The notes beneath the pieces were generated by a model. The model saw only the letters and a program-made list of their open reading frames with translations. It was not told where the DNA came from and did no database searches. Position numbers and translations under genes: made by a program. A stretch of DNA of 64,000 nucleotides from Squalus acanthias (Eukaryota): the NCBI GenBank assembly GCA_030390025.1, contig CM059432.1:111788001-111852000 (forward strand), read 5' to 3'. Numbering within the stretch: position 1 is the first letter of the stretch; each line of letters starts with the position of its first letter. Shown here piece after piece: positions 12,701 through 24,219 of the stretch.

Positions 12701-15700
12701 GAGCGGGAGAGCGGGCACAGATATAACGAGCGGGAGAATGAGAACAGTTATAACGAGCAGGAGAGTCCGGCACAGATATAACGAGTGGGAGAGCCCGGCA
12801 CAGATATAACGAGCGGGAGAGCGGGCACAGATATAACGAGCAGGAGAGTGGGCACAGATATACCGAGCGGGAGAGCGGACACAGATATAACGAGCAGGAG
12901 AGTCCGGCACAGATATAACGAGTGGGAGAGCGGGCACAGATATAACGAGCAGGAGAACGAGAACAAATATAACGAGCGGGAGAGCGGGCACAGATATAAC
13001 GAGCAGGAGAGCCCGGCACAGATATAACGAGCGGGAGAGCGAGAACAGTTATAACGAGCGGGAGAGCGGGCACAGATATAACGAGAGGGAGAGTGGGCAC
13101 AGATATAACGAGCAGGAGAACGAGAACAGTTATAACGAGCGGGAGAGCGGGCACAGATATAACGAGCGGGAGAACGAGAACAGTTTTAACGAGTGGGAGA
13201 GCGGGCACAGAAATAATGAGCAGGAGAACGAGAGCAGTTATAACGAGCGGGAGAGCGGGCACAGATATAAAGAGCGGGAGAACGAGAACAGTTATAACGA
13301 GCGGGAGAGCGGGCACAGATATAAAGAGCGGGAGAACGAGAACAGTTATAACGAGCGGGAGAGCGGGCACAGATATAACGAGCAGGAGAGCCCGGCACAA
13401 ATATAACGAGCGGGAGAGTGGGCACAGATATGACGAGCAGGAGAGCCCGGCACAGATATAACGAGTGGGAGAGCCCGGCACAGATATAACGAGCGGGAGA
13501 GCGGGCACAGATATAACGAGCAGGAGAGCGGGCACAGTTTTAACGAGCGGGAGAGCCCGGCACAGATATAACGAGCGGGAGAGCGGGCACAGATATAACG
13601 AGCGGGAGAGCGGGCACAGATATAACGAGCAGGAGAGCGGGCACAGATATAACGAGCGGGAGAGCGGGCACAGATATAACGAGCGGGAGAATGAGAACAG
13701 ATATAACGAGCAGGAGAGCGGGCACAGTTTTAACGAGCGGGAGAGCCCGGCACAGATATAACGAGTGGGAGAGCGGGCACAGATATAACGAGCGGGAGAG
13801 CGGGCACAGATATAACGAGCGGGAGAATGAGAACAGATATAACGAGCAGGAGAGCGGGCACAGTTTTAACGAGCGGGAGAGCCCGGCACAGATATAACGA
13901 GCGGGAGAGCGGGCACAGATATAACGAGCGGGAGAGCGGGCACAGATATAACGAGCAGGAGAGCGGGCACAGATATAACGAGCGGGAGAGCGGGCACAGA
14001 TATAACGAGCAGGAGAGTCCGGCACAGATATAACGAGTGGGAGATAGGGCACAGATATAACGAGCGGGAGAGCGGGCACAGATATAACGAGCGGGAGAAT
14101 GAGAACAGTTATAACGAGCAGGAGAGTCCGGCACAGATATAACGAGTGGGAGAGCCCGGCACAGATATAACGAGCGGGAGAGCGGGCACAGATATAACGA
14201 GCAGGAGAGTGGGCACAGATATACCGAGCGGGAGAGCGGACACAGATATAACGAGCAGGAGAGTCCGGCACAGATATAACGAGTGGGAGAGCGGGCACAG
14301 ATATAACGAGCAGGAGAACGAGAACAAATATAACGAGCGGGAGAGCGGGCACAGATATAACGAGCAGGAGAGCCCGGCACAGATATAACGAGCGGGAGAG
14401 CGAGAACAGTTATAACGAGCGGGAGAGCGGGCACAGATATAACGAGAGGGAGAGTGGGCACAGATATAACGAGCAGGAGAACGAGAACAGTTATAACGAG
14501 CGGGAGAGCGGGCACAGATATAACGAGCGGGAGAACGAGAACAGTTTTAACGAGTGGGAGAGCGGGCACAGAAATAATGAGCAGGAGAACGAGAGCAGTT
14601 ATAACGAGCGGGAGAGCGGGCACAGATATAAAGAGCGGGAGAACGAGAACAGTTATAACGAGCGGGAGAGCGGGCACAGATATAAAGAGCGGGAGAACGA
14701 GAACAGTTATAACGAGCGGGAGAGCGGGCACAGATATAACGAGCAGGAGAGCCCGGCACAAATATAACGAGCGGGAGAGTGGGCACAGATATGACGAGCA
14801 GGAGAGCCCGGCACAGATATAACGAGTGGGAGAGCCCGGCACAGATATAACGAGCGGGAGAGCGGGCACAGATATAACGAGCAGGAGAGCGGGCACAGTT
14901 TTAACGAGCGGGAGAGCCCGGCACAGATATAACGAGCGGGAGAGCGGGCACAGATATAACGAGCGGGAGAGCGGGCACAGATATAACGAGCAGGAGAGCG
15001 GGCACAGATATAACGAGCGGGAGAGCGGGCACAGATATAACGAGCAGGAGAGTCCGGCACAGATATAACGAGTGGGAGAGCGGGCACAGATATAACGAGC
15101 GGGAGAGCGGGCACAGATATAACGAGCGGGAGAATGAGAACAGTTATAACGAGCAGGAGAGTCCGGCACAGATATAACGAGTGGGAGAGCCCGGCACAGA
15201 TATAACGAGCGGGAGAGCGGGCACAGTTTTAACGAGCGGGAGAGCGGGCACAGATATAACGAGCGGGAGAGCGGGCGCAGATATAACGAGCGGGAGAGCC
15301 CGGCACAGATATAACGAGCGGGAGAGCGGGCACAGATATAATGAGCAGGAGAACGAGAACAGTTATAACGAGCGGGAGAGCGGGCAGAGATATAACGAGC
15401 TCGAGAGCCTGGCACAGATATAATGAGCTGGAGAGCGGGCACAGATATAACGAGCGGGAGAATGGGCACAGATATAACGAGCAGGAGAGCCCGGCACAGA
15501 TATAACGAGTGGGAGAGCCCGGCACAGATATAACGAGCGGGAGAGCGAGCACCAATATAACGAGCGGGAGAGCGGGCGCAGATATAACGAGCGGGAGAGC
15601 CCAGCACAGTTTTAACGTGTGGGAGAGCCTGGCATAGATATAACGAGCGGGAGAGCGGGCACAGTTAAAACGAGCGGGAGAGTGGGCACAGTTATAACGA

Positions 15701-17604
15701 GCGGGAGAGCGGGCACAGATATAACGAGCGGGAGAGCGGGCACAGATATAACGAGCGGGGAAGCGGGCACAGATATAACGAGAGGGAGAGCGGGCACAGA
15801 TATAACGAGTGGCAGAGCCCGGCACAGATGTAACGAGCGGGAGAGCCCGGCACAGATATAACGAGCAGGGGAGTGGGCACAGATATAACGAGCGGGAGAG
15901 CGGTCACAGATATAACGAGCGGGAGCGCAGGCACAGATATAACGAGCAGGAGAGCCCGGCACAGATATAACGAGCAGGAGAGCGGGCACAGATATAACGA
16001 GCGGGAGAGTCCGGCACAGATGTAACGAGCAGGGGAGCGGGCACAGATATAACGAGCTGGATAGCCTGGTACAGATATAATGAGCAGGGGAGCGGGCACA
16101 GATATAACGAGCGGGATAGCCTGGTACAGATATAACGAGCAGGGGAGCGGGCACAGTTATAACGAGCGGGAGAGCCTGGTACAGATATAACGAGCAGGGG
16201 AGCGGGCACAGATATAACGAGCGGGAGAGCGGGCACAGATATAACGAGCGGGCAAGCGGGCACAGATATAACGAGAGGGAGAGCCTGGTACAGATATAAC
16301 GAGCAGGGGAGCGGGCACAGATATAACGAGCGGGAGAGCCTGGTACAGATATAACGAGTGGGAGAGCGGGCACAGATATAACGAGTGGGAGAGCGGGCAC
16401 AGATATAACGAGTGGGAGAGCGGGCACAGATATAACGAGAGGGAGAGCGGGCACAGATATAACGAGCGGGATAGCGGGCACAGATATAACGAGCTGGATA
16501 GCGGGCACAGATATAACGAATGGGAGAGCGGGCATAGATATAACGAGAGGGGGAGCAGGCACAGATATAACGAGCGGGAGAGCGGGCACAGATGTAACGA
16601 GCAGGAGAGCGAGCACAAATATAACGAGCGGGAGAGCGGGCACAGATATAACGAGCGGGAGAGCGAGCACAAATATAACGAGCGGGAGAGCGGGCACAGA
16701 TATAACGAGCGGGAGAGCCCGGCATAGATATAACGAGCGGGGATGCGGGCACAGATATAACGAGAGGGAGAGCGGGCACAGATATAACGAGTGGCAGAGC
16801 CCGGCACAGATATAACGAGCGGGAGAGCCCGGCACAGATATAACGAGCGGGAGAGCCTGGTACAGATATAACGAGTGGGAGAGCGGGCACAGATATAACG
16901 AGTGGGAGAGCGGGCACAGATATAACGAGTGGGAGAGCGGGCACAGATATAACGAGAGGGAGAGCGGGCACAGATATAACGAGCGGGATAGCTGGCACAG
17001 ATATAACGAGCTGGATAGCGGGCACAGATATAACGAATGGGAGAGCGGGCATAGATATAACGAGAGGGGGAGCAGGCACAGATATAACGAGCGGGAGAGC
17101 GGGCACAGATGTAACGAGCAGGAGAGCGAGCACAAATATAACGAGCGGGAGAGCGGGCACAGATATAACGAGCGGGAGAGCGAGCACAAATATAACGAGC
17201 GGGAGAGCGGGCACAGATATAACGAGCGGGAGAGCCCGGCATAGATATAACGAGCGGGGATGCGGGCACAGATATAACGAGAGGGAGAGCGGGCACAGAT
17301 ATAACGAGTGGCAGAGCCCGGCACAGATATAACGAGCGGGAGAGCCCGGCACAGATATAACGAGCGGGAAAGCCCGGCATAGATATAACGAGCGGGGATG
17401 CGGGCACAGATATAACGAGAGGGAGAGCGGGCACAGATATAACGAGTGGCAGAGCCCGGCACAGATATAACGAGTGACAGAGCCCGGCACAGATATAACG
17501 AGCGGGAGAGCCCGGCACAGATATAACGAGTGGGTGAGCGGGCACAGATATAACGAGTGGGTGAGCGGGCACAGATATAATGAGTGGGTGAGCGGGCACA
17601 GATA
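6741..17604. repeat. Minisatellite A (right part) with higher-order repeats
   Basis: Same 27/28-bp unit. Identical variant blocks recur at 1035, 1361 and 2938 bp spacing (ORF-track starts 7759, 8794, 10155, 10697, 11732, 13093, 14454). Confidence 0.98.
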
Positions 17605-17609
17605 ATAGT

Positions 17610-17880
17610 TGCGCGACCCACACCTCAGCTTTTTCCCCATAACCCTGCAAATTAGTCCCCTTCAAATACATGTCCAACTGCCTTTTGAAAGTTCTATGGA
17701 ATCTGATTCCACCATCCCTTTCAGGTAGTGCGTTCCAGATCATCATTATCCTCTGTGTGAAGAAATTTCTCTTCATTTCCCCGCTCGTTCTTTTGCCAAT
17801 TATTTTAAATCAGTGACCTCTGGCTACCAACCCAATTGCCAGAGGAAACAGTTCCTCCCTAGCTGCTGTATTAAAACCCT
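17610..17880 (-). mobile_element. Old CR1 3' fragment (ORF2 C-terminus)
   Basis: Translates as ...KRNFFTQRIMMIWNALPE...FKRQLDMYLKGTNLQGYGEKA, typical of the CR1 ORF2 end. Confidence 0.8.
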
Positions 17881-19409
17881 CGAGTTTACCCCAGAGTACG
17901 GCCGCACCACATAGAAAGGTCCAGGTTCAGGAAGACGAGTGTGTGACTGACAGTAATCGGGGTAAGGAAACTTAGCAGAGGCAGGGAAGTAGGGACCGCA
18001 GAATCTGGCCCTGTCCAACAGGTGCGATGTACATGCTGCCTGTGAGGCTAAGGGGAAAGGCTTAGGTAGGGACAGCCAGAATGTTGACCAAGGCACCATG
18101 GAACAGGAGGCAATCCAAGGTGGGGAGGAGCAGAACAGAAAGCTTGTAGTTATCGCGGCTTTGATAATTAGGGAGCTGGATAGCATCCTTTGCAGTCACG
18201 GACGGGAGTCCCGTAGGGTGTGTTGATTACCTGGTGCCAAGGTAAGGGATATCTCGAAGCAGCTGGAAAGGAACCTGTCGTGGTCTGTGTCTGGATCAAC
18301 AACATAGAAAAAAACAAGAAGGAGTATCAGGATTATTACCCAGGTCACATGCAAATTGGCATAGGGACAAACAAATCCGGAAAGTGTGGCTGAAGGATTG
18401 GTGTGGGAAGGAGCGGGTCCATTTCACTAGCACCAGTGCTGGGACACGAAGGAGATGTACCGCTGGGGTGGGCTCCACGTGAACCATGCTGGGACCAAGG
18501 CCCTAGATGAAAGGATGAATCAGGTTGTAGAAATTACTTCAAACCAATAAGAGAGGGGAGGACTCAGGTAGAAATAAAAAAGTGCAAATAGCCTGAAGAT
18601 CAGAAACAGGGATGAGAACAAAGTCCAGATCATACAGATTAACGGTAATATAAATGATCAGGTTCAGAAAAAAAATAGGAAATAATCACAAAATAACTGA
18701 TAAAAATACAACACAAGTGATGAGAAACAAGAAGTCTGATAAGTTAAAAAGTGTGAGAAAAGCAGCATCAGGGCAAAGGGGCAGGGTAGGGTCTGTTGCC
18801 CAGATCAGAGTTCTATACACACATGCACGTTGCGTAAGGAGTAAAACAAGTGAATTAGAAGCACAAATTCACCTTGATAGGTATGACATAGTGGCCATCA
18901 CTGAGACATGGTTACAAGCTGGGCATGACTGGGAGATTAATATTCCAGGTTATAAGGTCGTTAGAAAGGACAGGGAAATTGGAAATGGAGGAGGAGCAAT
19001 ACTGATAAAGGACACCAGTACAGCATTAGAAAGAGGGAATATCAATCAGGGTGAGCAGGCAGTAGAAACACTCTGGGTAGAATTGAGGAATAAAAAAAAT
19101 GCAAGACTTTGGTGGGAGTGTCGACAGACTTCCTGATAGCAGTGATAAAGTAGTGGGATGCATAAATGCGAAGGTCAGAGAATCTTGTTGCAAAAACAGA
19201 GTAGTTATAATGAGAGATTTCAATTTTCACATAGACTGGGGAAGCAGAACAGCTCGTGTCCGAAAGGCAGCGAATTTCTTGAGTGTATTCGAGACAGTTC
19301 TCTGGAACAATATGTCCTTGAACCAACAAGGGAACAGGCCATCTTAGATTCAGTAATGAGTAATCAGCCTGAATTAGTCAATAATCTAACGGTAATGGAA
19401 CACCTAGCT

Positions 19410-19647
19410 TGTTGAGGCTGCCACGAAACACGAATTAAGGCTGAATCCATTTGTGTTAAACAAGAGACTTTTTAATCACAGCATGGCACAAAATGGCAGA
19501 CCGAAAAGCTCCCAGAATTCTCTGGATAAAACCTGAGGCCCCGCTCCCTTCTGCCTTAAAGGTAAGGTGCCTTAAAGGGAAGGTGCTGGAAATTTGTCCA
19601 CAGACGGAAGAGTGGATTATGCCCGTTTTAGGTGGCGATCCGCCACA
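19410..19647 (-). repeat. Gypsy 3' LTR (238 bp)
   Basis: TGTTGAGGC...CCGCCACA on +, direct repeat of 23502-23739; adjacent polypurine tract TGGGGGGAGCTG (19648-19659, minus). Confidence 0.96.
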
Positions 19648-19667
19648 CAGCTCCCCCCAGAATCTGC

Positions 19668-22600
19668 TTAGGAGGTGTGGACGAGATGGTGCGGTGGTCT
19701 GATGGGCCGGCCGGAGCGGCTCTTGTAGGACGCCGGTTTACGTGGAACGGCTGGGCGTGGAGCAGCCGGGTGAACCGGCTTGAGGGCAGGTCGGCCGCGT
19801 GGAGCTGGACGAGCTACAGGGACCTGCTCCCCGGGCTCCGAGTGTGCTGGCTTGAGTCGGTCAACCGACACTTTTTCGGTCCTGTCGCCCACTTGCAGGG
19901 TGAAAAATTTGTCCCCAGCCTGTAGCACCTTGTAGGGCCCGTCGTACGGGGGTTGAAGGGGTCCGCGGTGGGCGTCGTGCCGGACGAAAACAAACTGTGC
20001 ATGGTGCAGGCTTAGTGGGACGTGTGAGGTGGATTTGCCGTGTCGGGCAATGGGCACCAGGGCGAACTGCAGCGCCGGTGAGGCGAAGTCGTGGCGTTGC
20101 TGGTCGGCTGACCAGGGTGTCGTGGCAGTGGGCAGGAACTCGCCGGGTACGCGCAGCGGCTGACCGTACACGAGCTCTGCTGCTGATGCGTGGAGCTCTT
20201 CTTTAACCGCGGTGCGCAGGCCGAGGAGGACCCACGGAAGTCGGTCGGTCCAGGCGCCGTCTTGGAGGCTGGCTCGAAGAGATGCCTTCAAGGATCTGTG
20301 GAACCGCTCACACAGTCCGTTGGCTTGGGGGTGGTACGCTGTGGTGCGGTGAATGGTCACCCCGAGATTGCGTGCGACGGCGGTCCAGAGTTCAGAGGTA
20401 AATTGCGGACCTCTGTCCGACGTCATGTCGGAGGGGACGCTGAACCGTGCGACCCAGGTGCTGACGAAAGCACTGGCGATGTCGGCGGTGGTGGTAGAGG
20501 TCAGTGGAATTGCCTCAGGCCAGCGTGTGGTGCGGTCAACGATGGTCAGCAAGTGCGTGTGGCCTTGCGACGGCAGCAGGGGCCCGACGATGTCCACGTG
20601 GATGTGGTCGAATCTCCGCGAGGGGACGTTAACTCCTCGAGGGGTGCTTTCGTGTGTTGCTGTACCTTGGCCCGTTGGCAGGCTAGGCAGGAGTTGGCCC
20701 AAGTACGCACATCCTTGCGAAGGCCGCGCCAGACAAAGCAGTTGGCTACCAATTTGAGGGATGCGCGGGCGCCGGGGTGGGAGAGGTTGTGGAGAATGTC
20801 GAATACCCGGCGGCACCAGGACGCTGGGACGACGGGCCGAGGTTGACATAGGGATATGTCGCACTTGACCGTGACTGCGTTCAGGCCACAGGCGACGTCG
20901 GCAAGGCGTAGCCCTGGTAGGTTGGTGGGTGCGGAGAGCAGATCAGGGTCGGTGATCTGGTCTGCAGCGAGTTGAGCGTAGTCGACTGCTAGGTGTGCGG
21001 CGTGGATGGCGGGGCGGGAGAGGCAGTCGGCTACCACATTGTCTCGGCCGGAGACGTGTTGGATGTCCGTGGTGAACTCGGACACTGCCGCGAGCTCGCG
21101 CTGCTGCCTGGCGGACCAGGGGTCGGTTGTCTTTGCCATTGCAAATGTCAGGGGCTTGTGGTCGACAAACGCAGTGAAGGGGTGGCCCTCAAGCAAAAAC
21201 CGGAAATGGCGGACTGCCAGGAACAGCGCGAGGAGCTCGTGGTCGAAGGTGCTGTACTTGACCTCCGGGGGGCGTAGTTGGCGGCTGAAGAAGGCAAGTG
21301 GTTGCCAGGCGCCGTCGACCCACTGCTCATACACGGCGCCGACCGCGTGGTCGGAGGCGTCCGTGGTGAGCGCTACCCTGGCATTGGGCCGTGGGTGCGC
21401 GAGCAGGGTGGCGTTGGCGAGCGCAGTCTTGGTGGAATCGAAGGCGGCGGACGCATCTGCCGTCCATTCGACCGCCATCTTGCCGCTCCTGCCCCGGAGG
21501 GCTTCATACAGGGGCCTCATGAGGGACGCCGCTTTGGGGATGAAGCGGTTATAGAAATTCACCATCCCGAGGAACTCCTGGAGGCCTTTGATGGTGGTGG
21601 GGCGGGGAAATTGTTGGACGGCCTGCATCTTGGTGGGCAGGGGAATGGCCCCAGCATGGGTGATGTGGTGGCCGAGGAAGTCGATCTTGTCCAGGCCGAA
21701 CTGGCATTTGACTGGGCTGAGGATCAGCCCGTGGTCGCTGAGGCACCCGAACAGGATGCGAAGGTGTTCGAGGTGTTCCTGCTTGGAGGAACTGGCTACC
21801 AGGATGTCGTCCAGGTAGACGAACAGGAACTTCAGGTCCCGAAGGACCGAGTCCATGAGCCGTTGGAATGCCTGGGCCGCGTTTTTGAGGCCGAAGGGCA
21901 TCCGCAGGAACTCGAACAGGCCGAAGGGGGTGATTACGGCCGTCTTGGGTACGTCCGCGGGGTGGACGGGGACTTGGTGGTAGCCGCGCACCAGGTCGAC
22001 CTTGGAAAAGACTGAGCGGCCGGCCAGTCTAGCCGAGAAGTCCTGAATGTGCGGCACGGGGTACCGATCAGGGGTGGTGGCGTCATTGAGGCGGCGGTAA
22101 TCCCCGCAGGGGCGCCAACCTCTGCCTGGTTTGGGGGCGATGTGCAGTGGGGAGGCCCAGGGACTGTTGGAGCAGCGGATGGTGCCGAGCTGTTCAATGG
22201 TGGCAAACTCGGTCCGCGCGATCTCCAGTTTGGCCAGGTCCAGCCTGCGGGCGTGGGCGTACACTGGGGGGCCTGTGGTGGGGATGAAGTGTTCCACCCC
22301 GTGTTTGGCGGCCTCCGCGGAGAAGGTCGGATTGGTAAGGGCCGGGAATTCGGCCAGGAGTGCCGAGTAGTCATCCGTGGCCCGGGCGTGGCACTGTGAC
22401 GCCATGTCGGTGGGTTGACGGGGGGCCATGGCGCCCAGGATGGGGGACATGGTGTTCATGTCCACGAGGCGGTGACGAGGGATGTCTACCAGTAGGCCGT
22501 GGGCGCACAGGAAATCGGCGCCGATGAGGGGGGAGAGCACCTTGGCAGTGATGAACTCCCATCGGTAGCGGTGACCAGCGAGGTTGAGGGTGACTGTCCG

Positions 22601-23462
22601 GGTGCCATACGTCTGGATTTCCGAGCCGTTAGCAGCAGCCAGCGCGGTCCTCGTTCGCCCTTTTGGATGTCGAGGGAGGAGGCCGGGATGATGCTGTGCT
22701 GAGCCCCAGTGTCGCACAGGAACCAGCGGCCAGTTTTGTCATCCGTGACGAACAGCAGGGAGCCCGCGTGGCCCACGGCCATCGCAGGGGCTGGAACGGG
22801 GGCGGACTTGAAAGAGCAGGGAGGTGTGCACCGTTGTGCCCTCGCGCCGAACCATGCGTGGTAGTAACAGTGGCCCGGGTTAGTGGGGCGTGAAGGCCCC
22901 GTGGGCCTGGTGACAGGCCCTTGTGGCCGCGTGCTGGATGGTGAGGGGCGCGCCCAGGCATTGGCTGCCAGGTCCGGAGTGACGTCGCGGCTGGAGTGAG
23001 CGGACAGCAGCTTGTCGGCCTCATCGGCCAGGGCTTCCAGGTTCGTGAGGCCGGATGCCACGATCGCTGGGCGGATGCTGAGAGGGAGCTGGTGGATGAA
23101 CAGCGTGCGGAAGAGGGATCCGGGTGGGCTCTCGTCGGTGAGGGACAGCATGTGGGAGAGGAGGTCTGACGGTGAGGCATCACCGAGGCCTGGAAGTTTC
23201 GCTGATATGCCGAGGCCGTAAATTTTTTAAGGAGCGCTGTCTTGAGATGTGCGTACTTGCCTTCCTCTGGTGGGTTCTGCAGCGTTGTTCAAACCTTGGA
23301 AACTGCGGCGCTACCGAGTGATGTGACGAGATAGTCTTACTTCATCCCATCTGTGGTGATATTTCGCAGCCGGAGGCGAGATTCAGTTTGGAGAAACCAG
23401 GCTTCGGGCTGGTTTTCCCAAAACTCCGGCAGTTTCACGGAAACTGCGTTCGTGTCCGCCAT
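19668..23462 (-). pseudogene. Gypsy gag-pol with stops and frameshifts
   Basis: Gag starts MADTNAVSVKLPEFW (ATG 23462) with early stops; protease LCDTGA; RT MPFGLKNA/YLDD; RNase H TTDAS/ADCLSR; integrase H-H-C-C zinc finger, HVDIVGP, SDRGPQF, NGLCER, GPY. Frameshifts near 22640 and 20640. Confidence 0.95.
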
Positions 23463-23487
23463 TGCAGTGCTCGGAATACGTTCTGAG

Positions 23488-23501
23488 CGTCGGGGTCACC
23501 A
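23488..23501 (-). promoter_or_regulatory. Primer-binding site complementary to the tRNA-Trp 3' end
   Basis: TGGTGACCCCGACG directly after the 5' LTR; eukaryotic tRNA-Trp ends in ...CGUCGGGGUCACCA. Confidence 0.88.
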
Positions 23502-23739
23502 TGTTGAGGCTGCCGCAAAACACGAATTAAGGCTGAATCCATTTGTGTTAAACAAGAGACTTTTTAATCACAGCATGGCACAAAATGGCAGACCGAAAAG
23601 CTCCCAGAATTCTCTGGGTTAAACCTGAGGCCCCGCCCCCTTCTGCCTTAAAGGTAAGGTGCCTTAAAGGGAAGGTGCTGGAAATTTGTCCACAGACGGA
23701 AGAGTGGATTATGCCTGTTTTAGGTGGCGATCCGCCACA
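23502..23739 (-). repeat. Gypsy 5' LTR (238 bp)
   Basis: Direct repeat of 19410-19647, about 6 substitutions counted by eye. Confidence 0.96.
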
Positions 23740-23815
23740 AGCTAACAGTAACCATAATGTGTTAGAATTTGATATGAGAGGGAGAAGGGCGAGTCATAAA
23801 CCAAGGTTTTAAATT

Positions 23816-24035
23816 TCTTTCATCCTATCACAGACCTTCCCTATTGTTCTTTCCTCCTCTCCCCGCTTTCCTTGCCTCTGTACTTGCTTAAAATCTGTTA
23901 CATCTCTAACTTTTACCAGTTCTGATGAAAGGTCATTGACCTGAAATGTTAACTCTATTTCTCTCTCCACAGATGCTGAGCATTTCCAGCATTTTCTGCT
24001 TTTATTTCAGATTTTCAACATCCACAGTATTTTGC
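23816..24035 (+). mobile_element. Penelope-like element 3'/pLTR fragment
   Basis: Flanked by 9-bp direct repeat TTTTAAATT (23807-23815 and 24036-24044); contains a hammerhead core; shares the GATGCTG...TTTCCAG..TTTTCTG...TTTATTTCAGATT block with 36554-36610. Confidence 0.72.
23918..23954 (+). ncRNA. Minimal hammerhead ribozyme-like motif (probably degenerate)
   Basis: AGTT-CTGATGA-A-AGGTCATTGACCT-GAAA-TGTT-AACT: conserved core boxes, stem II AGGTC/GACCT, stem I AGTT/AACT. Confidence 0.62.
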
Positions 24036-24219
24036 TTTTAAATTGAGGTAAGGCTGACTTTGAAGACATGAGACAGAAATTGACCACAGGCGACTGGGCA
24101 GAACTGTTAATGGATAAAACTACAGACAAACAGTGGGAGATATTCAAAGAAGTGTTTGGTAGAATACAAGACCTGTACATACCCCTAAAGGGCAAGAGCT
24201 CTACTTGTGCAACCATAAG

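Larger units (their letters stand above)
19410..23739 (-). mobile_element. Full-length Ty3/Gypsy LTR retrotransposon (mutated)
   Basis: Two 238-bp TG...CA LTRs, 4-bp TSD AGCT (19406-19409 and 23740-23743), PBS, PPT, and domain order gag-PR-RT-RH-IN. Confidence 0.97.

Noticed and set aside
1..17604. Very long ORFs (up to 959 aa) of PALPLVISV/RSPARYICA/CPLSRSLYL repeats
   Set aside because: They are translations of the stop-free minus strand of the 27-bp unit; frames switch at every 28-bp variant and there is no gene structure.
1..17604. CRISPR-like array
   Set aside because: Units are head-to-tail with no unique spacers, there are no cas genes, and the context is eukaryotic.
6741..17604. CENP-B box or telomeric repeat in the monomer
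   Set aside because: No TTCG....A..CGGG match and no TTAGGG; centromeric identity cannot be supported from the sequence alone.
20190..22399. Plus-strand ORFs over the Gypsy internal region
   Set aside because: Antisense shadows of a GC-rich pol with no recognisable motifs.
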